Part shown: positions 23,521 to 35,050 of the stretch, piece by piece
Layout: each line of letters begins with the position of its first letter
How positions within the stretch are numbered: position 1 is the first letter of the stretch
NCBI GenBank assembly: GCA_951406725.2
Contig: OX597831.1
Coordinates: forward strand, 58,528,001 to 58,592,000
Source: Octopus vulgaris
Taxonomy: Eukaryota
Length of the DNA stretch: 64,000 bases
Reading direction: 5' to 3'
Program-made: the position numbers and the translations under genes
The notes under the pieces: model-generated
The model's database searches: none
What the model saw: the letters and a program-made list of their open reading frames with translations, nothing else
What the model was told of the DNA's origin: nothing

Positions 23521-24520
23521 GTATCTATATATCTATCTGTCTATCTATCTGTCTATCTATCTATCTTTCACACGCACGCACATAGATATATGCCTAGATA
23601 CGTTTAATCTGTTGCAAAGTTTTTCGACTTTCACATATGTGATCGTAAGCTATTTATTACTGAAATGATATAATTCATTGCATTTATATATCAAAATAAC
23701 AGAATTTATATTTATACATAATGAGGATTTAATAACCATTGCTTACGGCTATATTAACTTGCAGCTTTTGATTTATTTTTACAGAACAGTCTGCAGTCAT
23801 TTAAATAATGCCATTTGTAATTCGCTCTATTTTCAATGAACTGCCGCAAACCTACAATTTTATTTTTTGCCTGTGAAATTGATGGAATTCAGCTCTCATT
23901 TAATGAACTTTGCAACACGAAAGTTATGGTATTAGATCAGGAAACACTACAAGGTCACAGAGCAAGTCAGTATTTCAATTGGTAAGAAACATTTTGATGG
24001 AAATGGTTTTAGAAATAACCGTGTATTCGTTGAATAGACTGTTGTATATATAAATTTAAGAAAACCCATTTTTTATTTAAAATTGCTTTCCAGTAAATTT
24101 GTATAGTGTGTATTTTGTTGGAAATAACTTTCTCAGTAATTTTGTTTGCAAAAGCAAATCTACATTATATTTTCACAACTTCTACACTTATACGATGGTC
24201 AAGAAATTTCCTTGAAATTTTTATTAAATCATCTCGGACATCTCAGACGTTATATACCATCAACTACGAGCACGAAATGCGAATTTTAACGACATCCTTC
24301 GGTTTGGTGATGTCACTTGTAGTCCAGTGCTTTGATTTCACACATAGTGACTATAAGGCGAATTTCTAGCCGAGACAAATTCTGCAGCGAAGATATTTCC
24401 ACGTCCGAAGGTATTAAATATACGAATATGTTAAATATACAGGTATATATCACACAACAGTGTTTTGTGCGTCTCTATTTGGCATACAAACATGCACATA
24501 CACTCCCACACAAAGACACG

Positions 24521-24597
<77 letters not shown>

Positions 24598-24606
24598 CTC
24601 TCTCTC

Positions 24607-24638
<32 letters not shown>

Positions 24639-24713
24639 AATATATTATATATGCACATATATAAATGCAACAATATGGAAATGAAATTTTATATTACTAT
24701 CAATATATATATC

Positions 24714-24946
24714 CTTTTACTCTTTCGTTTGTTTCAGTCATTGGACTATGGCCATGCTGGAGCAACGCCTTTAACCGAGCAAATCGACCGCAGGACTTAT
24801 TCTTTGTAAGCCTTGTACTTGTTCTATCGGTTACGTTTGCCGAACCTCTAAGTTACGGGGATGTAAACACACCGGCATCGGTTGTCAAGTGATGTTTGGT
24901 GGGGTGACAAACACAGACACACAAACACATACTCACATAATACATT

Positions 24947-25001
<55 letters not shown>

Positions 25002-25165
25002 TCGAGGGGCTTCTTTCAGTTTCCGTCTACCAAATCCACTCACAAGGCTTTGGTCAGCCTGAGGTTATAGTAGAAGACACTTGTCCAAGTTGCTGCGCAG
25101 TGGGACTGAATCTAGAACCATGTGGCTGGTAAGCAAGCTACTTACCACACAGCCACTCCTGCGTT
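24714..25165 (-). mobile_element. SINE family B, full length
   Basis: Reverse complement of the 23133-23520 family, with an internal (TA)n expansion. Confidence 0.9.
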
Positions 25166-25179
25166 TCGATATATGTGTG

Positions 25180-25229
<50 letters not shown>

Positions 25230-25934
25230 GTTACATGTATTTACATATCGGACAGCTATACATTTCCATAGACGCATTTATTCATGCAAATATATTTTCC
25301 TCTTGAAGCAGCCGCAGCTAAGATGCATCTCATCGCCCTGCGTCAAAATCTAACACACATTAGCTTTGTTAGGTCCTCAGTTTCATGTTGTATGTCTGTG
25401 CAAATAAGTTGAAGGCAGCTGATATATACTTGTGCTTATGGGTTTTTGTTTAGACTGACACGTACACATATCATTTCCATATATAAGCGTTTGGCTTCTG
25501 TGGCAACCTTTACTTGAGCTACATTTATTAAAAAAAAGTTATTGTGGTCAATGCATATATTCATACATTCAGTAACAGCCAGATTACCAGAGCTACACAC
25601 AGACACACGCGCACATTCTCACACACATCATGAAACTTAGAGAAGAAACGGATGCTGCAAAAGATGCATACAGAAACTCATTGATAAGAAAAAAATCAAT
25701 TTACATATTATCGGCATAAGTATAAACATATTTTAATGTCTATACACGGATGTCTAGCGCCCGCTAACAGAAGCATATGTATGTATGCATGCATGTGTGT
25801 ATATATGTATGTATGTACGTGCGTAGGTATGTATATATGTACATGTCAACCTATATATATATGTGTGTGTATATATGTATATATATATATATGTATATGT
25901 ATATGTATATATATATATATATACATATACATAC

Positions 25935-25981
<47 letters not shown>

Positions 25982-26237
25982 TATATGCATATACACACTT
26001 ATTCATGCAAAATATATCATGCATATTTATATACACGTATATAAATATATATACATCATGTGCAATGTACATATGTTCAAATATATGTATAAGTATATAC
26101 ACACCTATCTGCATACATACATAAAAAACATATATGCATATATACATATGCATATATGCATATGTATATATATATATGCATACACTTTAATCTATAGGTA
26201 TATCTGTATCTATCTATCTATCTATTTCTTCTCCCAC

Positions 26238-26293
<56 letters not shown>

Positions 26294-27289
26294 CCTACAT
26301 ATCACTTTCTCTTTTTCTCTCTTTCTATATTTCTCTCTTTATATATATATAAAATATACACACATATAGTATTACCGTTTGCGTGGATATGTGCGTCTAC
26401 GATCGTATAAATACAGATTTTTTCACCAGAGACATGCAAATATTTCGAATTACACGAGTTATTTATGTGAATATGTGCCTAGAAATAGTCATTTCATAAA
26501 TATTTTTCGACCGTATGTAGTCTCGTCAGAATGAACAATATATTGTGAGCTTACTAGATATCCCGTAAACCTATCACGTATTTTATTGCAATAGAAATAA
26601 AATCCTATCCTTCTTATTGCTTACAGTTTACATAGATTGAGATGGACACATATGATAAACAAACAATGTTTTCGAAGTGGCATGATAATAATAGAATAGC
26701 TTCGAGCAATATTACGAGGTATCTTTGGGTAAAATAACAAAGAACACAATGTGTCCCGGTTAATGAAAGAAATGACTATTGTAAAGCTTCCAAAGTCAAT
26801 ATACTAAGTAGTTTTGTGAATAGAAACAGACACAGTATATATTTAACAGATGAAGGAGGATAGCAATGCCAATGGTTTCATAGACAGATGAGATCAAATT
26901 GAATTGATAAGATGTGAGAATATTCTCGGACCATTACAGGTTCAAATCATGACAGTATTATTGTCATTAGATTATAAATTACAGTTATGATGTACCATAT
27001 TGAAATAAATGTCTGACATGATATAAGAACCATATTGTATAGTTTGGTGTTTTGTGTGTTGGAGCCGTGACGTGTTCCGGGTAGGAGTCTTTGGTTTTTA
27101 AATGCAAATGCTAGTTGTTGAAATCATTCAGTCGTAAATCAATTGAGTCTGAGCTGACTTTTTGATTTTACATTTATGCCTCTGGGAGATGGGGCCATAC
27201 CCGGGTCCCTTGCAGGCTCTTGGCGACCGGGGTCTTTGATGTCGTGGAGTTATATTCTGGTGAGAAAGAACTACTGAGCGGGGCTGAGG

Positions 27290-27545
27290 TGCCTGATTTC
27301 GGTGAATTTTGAAGTGGTGCCGAAACTCACGCTAAACTGCTGTGACAGTCTCGTTATTCTTCACGTAACTGTCGTAGGTAAACACGTGATGCTCTATTGT
27401 CCACAGCGCCATGGCTTCCCCTGAAAAGGAAATGAAATACTAAGACACCATGGACTGAAAGGTACCTGTGGGACATATATCCCCTGCCCCTGGGGTTGAG
27501 TAACAGCCGTTCCAAAAATGTCTGTCCTCTCTGCTTCACCCTGTA
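27290..27545 (-). mobile_element. Tc1/mariner (rosa/DD41D-like, DUF4817-type HTH) 5' end fragment
   Basis: TIR-like TACAGGGTG at 27545. From the ATG at 27412: MALWTIEHHVFTYDSYVKNNETVTAV*REFRHHFKIHRNQA. Confidence 0.75.
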
Positions 27546-27599
27546 TATAGTCTAATATCTTATAAAACTCTATAGCTACCCCGTATTTAGATCATATCA

Positions 27600-27915
27600 G
27601 GGCACATCGGCCGTTACAAAGAGTGTTCTAGCTGATGTGATCTTTGGAACAGATTGGCCATGAAATTAACGTCCAAGTGACTGAGCAATCCGCAGATACC
27701 AGTATCCTCAATGGAGTTTCCAGAGAGATTCAGTATGACACACCAAATGTGACAAGGCTGACCCTTTGAAATACAGGTACTACTAATTTTTGCCAGCTGA
27801 GTGGACTGCAGCAACGTGTAATAAAGGGTATTGCTTAAGGTCAGAACGCGCCGCCACGAATCGAACTCACTTATTGACGATCGTGAGTCGAATACACTAA
27901 CCACTAACCATTACG
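27600..27915 (-). mobile_element. SINE family C, diverged copy
   Basis: Minus strand GTACCTGTATTTCAAAGGGTCAGCCTTGTCAC..TGCTCAGTCACTTGGACGTTAATTTCA matches 7930-8050. Confidence 0.75.
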
Positions 27916-28259
27916 TTCATAGACAAAACTGATACACACAAAATAAAATAATTTGTAACATAAACGTCTCTCTAAAAGCCATCCATTGCTCAATAACTCA
28001 AAAATAAATTAAATTTGAAAATTTCAAAACTAGGATTGGGTCCCATTGAGAGCCCTCTATGGACTGCGTTCACACGGGGATCAGCTGTCGTCAACTCCTG
28101 CTCTATGACACCCGTTTATCCGTTGAAAATATTAGCCACATCAATAAAATTACATTCTATCATCTTGACAAAACGTGAGGGTACATGAAATCTTCTACTC
28201 TTAGATACATTATAATTGTGGTTATAGATTTGCTTTCTCATATCTGACTACACGCTAAA

Positions 28260-28290
<31 letters not shown>

Positions 28291-29282
28291 AACAACATCA
28301 GCACCAACAACAACAGCGTTTCATCTTGCCTCAAGACAGCCTTGAACTATCACAGCAATAAACTAAATTCTTATGTAATTATCGTGAAGCTTAAAGAGTG
28401 AATAGATAGCTAAGTCTCATACCAAAGTTGAAAACTTCAACATGATCTTTGCCATTGGAACTTGCTGTTTACTTGGAAATATATTGAAGTTTCTGTTCCG
28501 TAGAAGTAAGTTGAAAGCAAACACAGGCTTTAAGTGTGTTGAATGTAACAAATTAAATAAGTTATTAACACTTCAAAGATTTTAAGAAGAGTATTAAAAT
28601 CATAGCAGACAGATTTCTTTTCACATTTTCAAGCTAAGCATATCACTAAAATTCAATTTAGAGGGAGTGGGGTTAATACTACCTGTTCTAACAAAAATTT
28701 AAGGCAATATGTATGAATAGACGAACACACACATACAAAGCCACATACATACATGAATACATACATACGTAAACACACACATACACACACACACACACTC
28801 ATATATATATGCATGTTTATATACGAAGATACTTTATTGCATAGTTAAGTTGTAAAATATAGTCGTAAATTGAAAAGAGCAGAAATATTTGGTGAGCTGT
28901 AATTGTAAATCAATTAATGAAATCTGCATTCTGGCGATTTATAAGGATGATAAGCATTTCGTAATATAAAAACTAGCTGTATATAATCATCAGGAATGAG
29001 GATGAACGAGAAAGTATATGGAGACATCATTCTAAAACAAAAATCTGTGTATGTCATTCGCAACTGTGTAAGCTATAATACATTATTTGTGGTTGAATGG
29101 TTTGATTTATGCTAGTATTACAAAGTGCCTGCGAAGAATAGCTAATGGATGAAGATATTTATAAATTCACACGCGCACATAATTTATCTCTCTCTCTGTC
29201 TCTCTCTATCTCTCTTTCTCTCTGTCTGTTTGTCTGATTGTTTCCTGGAATGCGGGTATGATGGAGTTATGCCTTGTGTTTT

Positions 29283-29432
29283 ATTCGTGCAAGTCTACAC
29301 TGGTACTACTTATTTCCCTCTCCTTTAAACCTGGTACATTTTCCATTTTCCATCGGTCTCTTTGCCGAACTGCCGAGTTATGGAGAGAGTGAAGCAACCA
29401 ACACCGGTTGTCAAGCGGTGGTAGAGGATAAG
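29283..29432 (-). mobile_element. SINE family B, 3' fragment
   Basis: CCACCGCTTGACAACCGGTGTTGG..CAGTTCGGCAAAGAGACCGAT on the minus strand. Confidence 0.7.
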
Positions 29433-29448
29433 TAAAAAGGCACATACT

Positions 29449-29492
<44 letters not shown>

Positions 29493-29539
29493 CACTTCCC
29501 ACAGACATATAGATAAGGTATTTATCTAACAAGCACAAC

Positions 29540-30970
29540 CTTAGAGACTCCTTTAACTGTGCTCCTAACGTAAATACGTATTTTAATAAACACCCACAAA
29601 ACACGTGAGGAGGCAGGTTACTCTGGCAGGATATACAATAACTGTCCAGTAGGAGCCCGATACGAGGCCGAAGGAGTCATCTGTGAAGGTATGGTGACAC
29701 CTAGACCAACCATTAGCAGAAATGATGGCACCGGAAGTGAAGACAGTAGCAGATTAACCAGCTCTAACGCCATCGACCCCAGTACAATCGCTGCAGCTAG
29801 TAATGATGATCAGTCCAGGACCAGCAACATAGGAGAAGTAACCAACAACCCTATTACCACTACCACAGAAGATGACCGAACAATTATTATCGACACTGAT
29901 GGAGTGACCGGCCACGCACCGTAAGTTACCATCAGCCGTACCCACACTAAAACCAGCAGCAATTACGCCAACCATATGACCAGAGACGATAAGCATGGCG
30001 ATAATAACCACAGAGACGGCAGACGTACCAGCACCGGCGGATCATTGCGCCATAAGGAAACATCAACACTGGTGATACCAACAACATCGCAGGACTCGGT
30101 GCCTACCGGAGATACACCAGGAGTACGGATATACCCACTTCCAGGCTCATAAATATACCGTATCAGTCAGTACATATTTCAAACGACCACCATCCTTCCG
30201 AGTCTTAGAAAGAGGTTTTGGCCCTGGCCAGTCATGTGTGAGACCTCAAAGATCAAGGGATCCCATATAATATCAGGCGGAAGATCATAGATCATCCAGG
30301 CCCATATATTAATGGGAGCGTCCAATACAAAATCTGCATCGCAGACAGAATCAAAATTCTTAAGTACTATGCTAAGCCTGGGGCGTTAAATAATCATGAA
30401 GAAGTCTACAGAAGATCTGTTCATTTCAAGCACTACCTTCTGGAAAGTTGGATCTCCCCGTTTGTGGATTACGCTGCTATGAGAACGAAAAGGTTTTGAT
30501 TGTAGCTTCTAGTAATCTACTGGTCCTCAATAACATTTTTATAGCTCAGGAGTTTACTCACGTCCGCGTGGTGAAAAGTTAAATTTGTTTTTGTATAGTT
30601 TCTAATGAGCTGTCCACATGGCTGTAGCTTTCGGGGATACGAAATCATTGGTCACTCTATGACCGGAATTTAACTTTTGGTTTTAATGCTCACCGCTCTA
30701 TTCTGTGGAGTTTGCTTTTTTCTATTATATGTTATATATAAATATATATGCATTCAAAATGTGACCGCGTGTGTACCGTTGGCGATTTTTTTCCTCCATC
30801 TTCTTCCTTCTTTGGATCTTTCCTTTTCCTACGTTTCTGACGAAAAGCTCCGCTCGAAACGTTAAACCCTCCTTCTTTCCTTCTTTCCTGAGCGTCCAAT
30901 AACACTATACTTGTTCCACGTCCTCGCGTTGTTGGGTTTTCTCTTTGTGTTTTCATGTTTGGATTAACTT
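29540..30970 (+). mobile_element. Penelope-like element, internally deleted, with Thr-rich linker, GIY-YIG C-terminus and pLTR
   Basis: EAGYSGRI (thumb end); INIPYQ; ASHV*DLKDQGIPYNIRRKII..PYING..KICIADRIKIL..LNNHEEVYRRSVHFKHYLL matches the PLE endonuclease C-terminal pattern. HHR at 30833. Ends in (TA)n. Confidence 0.8.
30833..30867 (+). ncRNA. Minimal type I hammerhead ribozyme motif
   Basis: GTTT-CTGACGA-AAAGC-TCC-GCTC-GAAA-CG-TT-AAAC: canonical core boxes, stem I GTTT/AAAC, stem II AGC/GCT with the first pair mismatched, loopless CG stem III. Confidence 0.7.
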
Positions 30971-31086
30971 TATATATATATATATAACTTTATGAATATA
31001 TATAGATATATGTATGTGTATAGCCGGCATGATTGACCGCTTGCTCCAAAAGCTTTTTTATTCTCTCTGAATATTTATTCGAACGC

Positions 31087-31123
31087 CTTTCTGTTGAAGA
31101 GCGTAGGCTCAAAACGTGAAAGA
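31087..31123 (+). ncRNA. Hammerhead-like motif (variant core) in an isolated pLTR fragment (~31050-31200)
   Basis: CTTT-CTGTTGA-A-GAGC-GTAG-GCTC-AAAA-CG-TG-AAAG; same family as 22356. Confidence 0.5.
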
Positions 31124-31195
31124 TTTTCTCGCCTTTCTGAGCGTTAAATAATACACCTGTTTGTTGTCTTCGTCTTTTGTGCTTCTGTAAATTTC

Positions 31196-31238
<43 letters not shown>

Positions 31239-31239
31239 A

Positions 31240-32980
31240 TAATGATTTATATATAAAGAAAGAATATCACGGTTGTTACATATTGTTATATATTGTTATA
31301 TATTCGGCATGTTCCTATGCCGAACTTAAAGAAATAACGTTCATATGCCATAGAGAGTTATCTGAAGTTATTCTTTTAGTGGATAGTTTTTGTAATAGGT
31401 TAATGGAAAAGGCTAAAGTGAAAAGCAATAATGTTAAAGTTGAATACTTAAAAATACCTCATGTTAGTAATTTCATTGATGATGTTAATTTAGGTAATGT
31501 AATTAGAAAAAATAAAACAATAAACCTTTTGCCGGAAAATGTTAGACGTATAAATGTCAAGATTTGTTATAAGCGTGGTAAGAAGATATATAATACTTAA
31601 TTTAATTATAATAAGATCCTATCAAAAAATCGGTCTTGAAAGTTTGAAAGTAATTTACTTAGAAGTTTGTAAATGTGATAATTTGGAATTTTGTTATAAA
31701 GAACTAGAACATGTCTATAGAGGATATTTAGATATTATTTAAAATAAGGAACTAAGGGAGATTATGAGTAAAGGAACAAAATAAACAGAACAAGGTCAAA
31801 TTAGTAAATACAATTTAAAGAAAGTTATATCAAAAATCATTAATGAATTCATAGTTAAATTAAGTCTCACATATAAGGTCAAATTGTAGGAATTCAATAG
31901 CTTGATTAGCAATTAGCAAATTAATTTATATGGTAGTTAGACATTTGAAAAAATATGTTAAGCGAATAGGGAAATATTCAGTTTTGAATAAACCACCAGT
32001 TAAAGAATATATAGATGAATTACATTAAAGAATATGTAATATTACAAGCAGATAAAGCAGCTGGGAATTTTGTAGTAGTTTGTAAGAAAATATTATATGA
32101 TGGTTGTATGTAAACAGTTAGGAGTGGATAAGGAATTTAAGTTTATAAGTAATAACACATAGAAAGTTTACAATAACACATAGAAAGTTATATCGTGGTT
32201 TAGAAGTGGAAGAAAAGGATAAAAATATCCCTAGATGTTTTTGATTCCTAAACTACATACAGCTATCCATATTGGTTAATGATGCTTTAAAAGTTGTAGA
32301 TACATACTTTAAAAAAATATTGTGATAAAAGTTATAACAGTTCAGGAATTAATTATTTTGGAGTATTAGATAAACTAAGAGTATTTTTGTGTATGATATT
32401 TGGACATTATATACAAATTTAAATCTTAAAGGTATGGAAGATGATATTATTTTTAATAAAGGATATAAATGTATATCTTTAAAGAATGAAAAAGGTTTCT
32501 TGTCGAATTGTTGTTATAAGTGATGCACTAATATAAGTATAAGAAAGATGAAAGAAATGGTTAATTGTATTATTAATAATTCGTTTATTTTTGCGGGCAG
32601 GGTGTTTGAGCATATGGGGAATTCCAATGGGTGGCAATTGTAGCCCTCTGTTGGCAGACCTTTATCTTTCTTCGTGCAAGTTTCTTTCCCTTAAAGACCT
32701 ATGTGCGAGGAAAGAGATTGGCTTACTGAAACAACTTAATAGATGCTGCAGTTACATAGATGAGGAAGCTTTACTCAGAAAAATATACTCACCAGAAATG
32801 GTAAACAATATAAAGAATATTAATTATTTAGATGTCAGTTTAATAATGAAGGATAATAATGAAATATGTGCTGATATTTATAATAAAACAGAAGATTTTG
32901 GTTTCTAAGTGGCTTCAATGACATGGTTGACTTGTAGAATTTCTTCTTTCATTGATTATGATGCTTTTGCAGGACAAAGC
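31240..32980 (+). mobile_element. Decayed Naiad/Chlamys-like Penelope reverse transcriptase
   Basis: CKCDNLEFCYKELEHVYRGYLDII*NKELREIMSKGTK (CxC..H..G.L.II..LR..KG.K); ADKAAGNFVVVCKK; IPKLH; YDIWTLYTNL; GIPMGGNCSPLLADLYL; YIDE; NYLDV; IYNKTEDFGF. Many stops. Confidence 0.75.
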
Positions 32981-33093
32981 GAGCAACCTAGTTTCTGTGT
33001 CATTGCTCATCATCAGTCTGGAGTAGTATGACCTTCCAGCTGTCGATGCCTATCCGCCTTTGGAAACATATTTCAAGTGAAATACATTCACCG

Positions 33094-33461
33094 ATTTTTA
33101 AAAATAGAAATAATACATTTCTAAATCTCTCAGATTTATGCAGTAGCAGCAGGATAAAATGTCAGTATGTTGTCAACTTAGTGTTGTCAACATTCTTCCC
33201 ATGAAAGAGAAGAATGCTACTATTTAGACTTGGAAACACTGGGTGGATGTGCTTGTCTCTACTTTGAAAACACAAGGACACAGGAAATGTGTGAAGTCCA
33301 GCAGGAAACGGTGTTTCCTTGGGCTAAATAACAGTAGCATTCTTCCCTTTCCTGGGACTGTCACATTAAGTTGACAACATACATATTTTCGCTTTATCGT
33401 GCTGATACTACATAAATCTCTCTGAGAGATTTAGAAATGTATTACTTCTATTTTCAAAAAT
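33094..33461. repeat. Imperfect inverted repeat, ~145-bp arms
   Basis: AAAATAGAAATAATACATTTCTAAATCTCTCAG...GGAAACAC (33094-33240) versus GTGTTTCC...GAGAGATTTAGAAATGTATTACTTCTATTTT (33311-33461). Confidence 0.85.
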
Positions 33462-34256
33462 ATTACTCTCTTTCATTTTCTACAATGCTCTTCCATCTAT
33501 CCGGTAGACTTGCAAGGCTCCTCTTCCAAATCTCACTTGCCTCTGACGAAAAATACTCCTCTATTACTCTTCTGACCTCATCTACAGAATTCCTTTTTTC
33601 CGTCCAAATGATTTTGAAAACTGCAGAATAAATGATAATCAGATGGGGCAATGGCCGGCGTATATGGTGGGTGGGGTATCGTTTCCCATTCAAACTGCTC
33701 CATCCTTTGGAATGTCATCCTCGCTGTATATGGCCGAGCAATATCCTGAGGGAAGTATATCTTTCAACTGGAAACGTCTCCTAGCACTGGCTTGAACGAC
33801 TGGTTGAATGATCAAATCCAAACATCTCTGCTAGTTTCTCAACAGTTATGATGGAATTTTGTTCCTCTAGGGTTTGTAAGATGCCCTAGTCAAGCATATA
33901 TAGATTTTCTAGGCTGTAGTTTCCAGCTCGGAATTTCTGGAACCACCATTGTCAGTGGCATATGCATATTTCTGATCCCCACGTACTGTATAAACATTCC
34001 TCACCTTTTTCCATTGCGTTGTTGCCTTTATTGAACTCATAAAGCAAAACATGCCAAATATGCTCCTTTGTCACTGCCATTATAGCTTTGAAACCGTAAC
34101 TGTTAAAATTGAACTGCACTCTTTAAAACTTGCACTAAGAATAGGGACAAGATAAAATTACTTCTTGCTTTTGATGCAGCGAGTTTATCCCGTCCCCCAC
34201 CTAACTTTTACTTCATGCAATTGAAAAATCCGCATTATTTATGGGATATCGCAATA
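33462..34256 (-). mobile_element. Internally deleted mariner (DD34D-type) transposon
   Basis: TIR-like TATTGCGATATCCCATAAATAATGCGG at 34256. N-terminus MAVTKEHIWHVLLYEFNKGNNA; QDIARPY..WETIPHPPYTPAIAPSDYHLF (YSPDLAPSD motif); C-terminus EEYFSS..LPDRWKSIVENERE*. Confidence 0.85.
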
Positions 34257-34259
34257 GAT

Positions 34260-35050
34260 TCATAAATATCTATGTTCCTATTTATGTGCATTCATATGAA
34301 ACATATTCATTAATTCAATATCATTCATGCTATTATACTCTTGTTTTTAATTTCATTAAACACAATTTCCTTATCGGATTCGTTTGCAATATATGATTCC
34401 CTCAATCAGCTCTTTTTCTACTGAATATTAAGATACGCACCTTTCCTATGATTTTGATAGCAATACACGTTTGCATAAATTATTAATTTCTATTTCTTAG
34501 CGTATATTCCCGAATCTCTTTATATGCTATACCTCAGTTACACACAGAATTTTGAATAGTATTTCCTTATGTGTTTTAGCGCGCGCGACTTCACTTTTTC
34601 CCTAATACGAAACATTAATTCAGCTGTAATCTATATTTCTGAATTTCCATTACAGTTTAGCCTTAATATCTAACGTCAGTTCCCTAATGATAAATACCAA
34701 TAATATATATATATGATTTAACATATTCACCCCTTGTTACCTATGCTTAATATTTATGCTTGCATTTCTCAAATTTCAAATTGAAAATTCATGTATTAAT
34801 ATTTTAGATTTCTCTGCACCGTTTCCATATTACGATATTTAAATTTTATTTGTTTCACCTTAACCTCAGAAAATTTCTAACATTGAAATATTTCTGAAAT
34901 GATTTCCATCTTTCCTTGGTTTTATCAAGCCTATAGAATATACAAATTCACCATGTACAAGGCAAACATTTAATCCCCATGATTACAATGTATAGCCTAT
35001 TATCACCAGTATATAAAGTCATGTGGAGTTAGCATAGGTTTCCAATCTTT
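34260..35050 (-). mobile_element. Possible highly decayed Naiad/PLE N-terminal fragment
   Basis: Weak: TL*SWGLN resembles the GIY-YIG end motif TLxPxGLN, followed by Lys/Ile/Asn-rich sequence similar in style to 31300-31600. Confidence 0.25.

Noticed and set aside
29691-29924. Mucin-like host exon
   Set aside because: It lies colinearly between PLE thumb and endonuclease motifs.
32515-32530. In-frame TGA near Cys codons as selenocysteine in the Naiad-like RT
   Set aside because: The element has many other stops and frameshifts, and its conserved Cys codons are TGT; no SECIS was identified.
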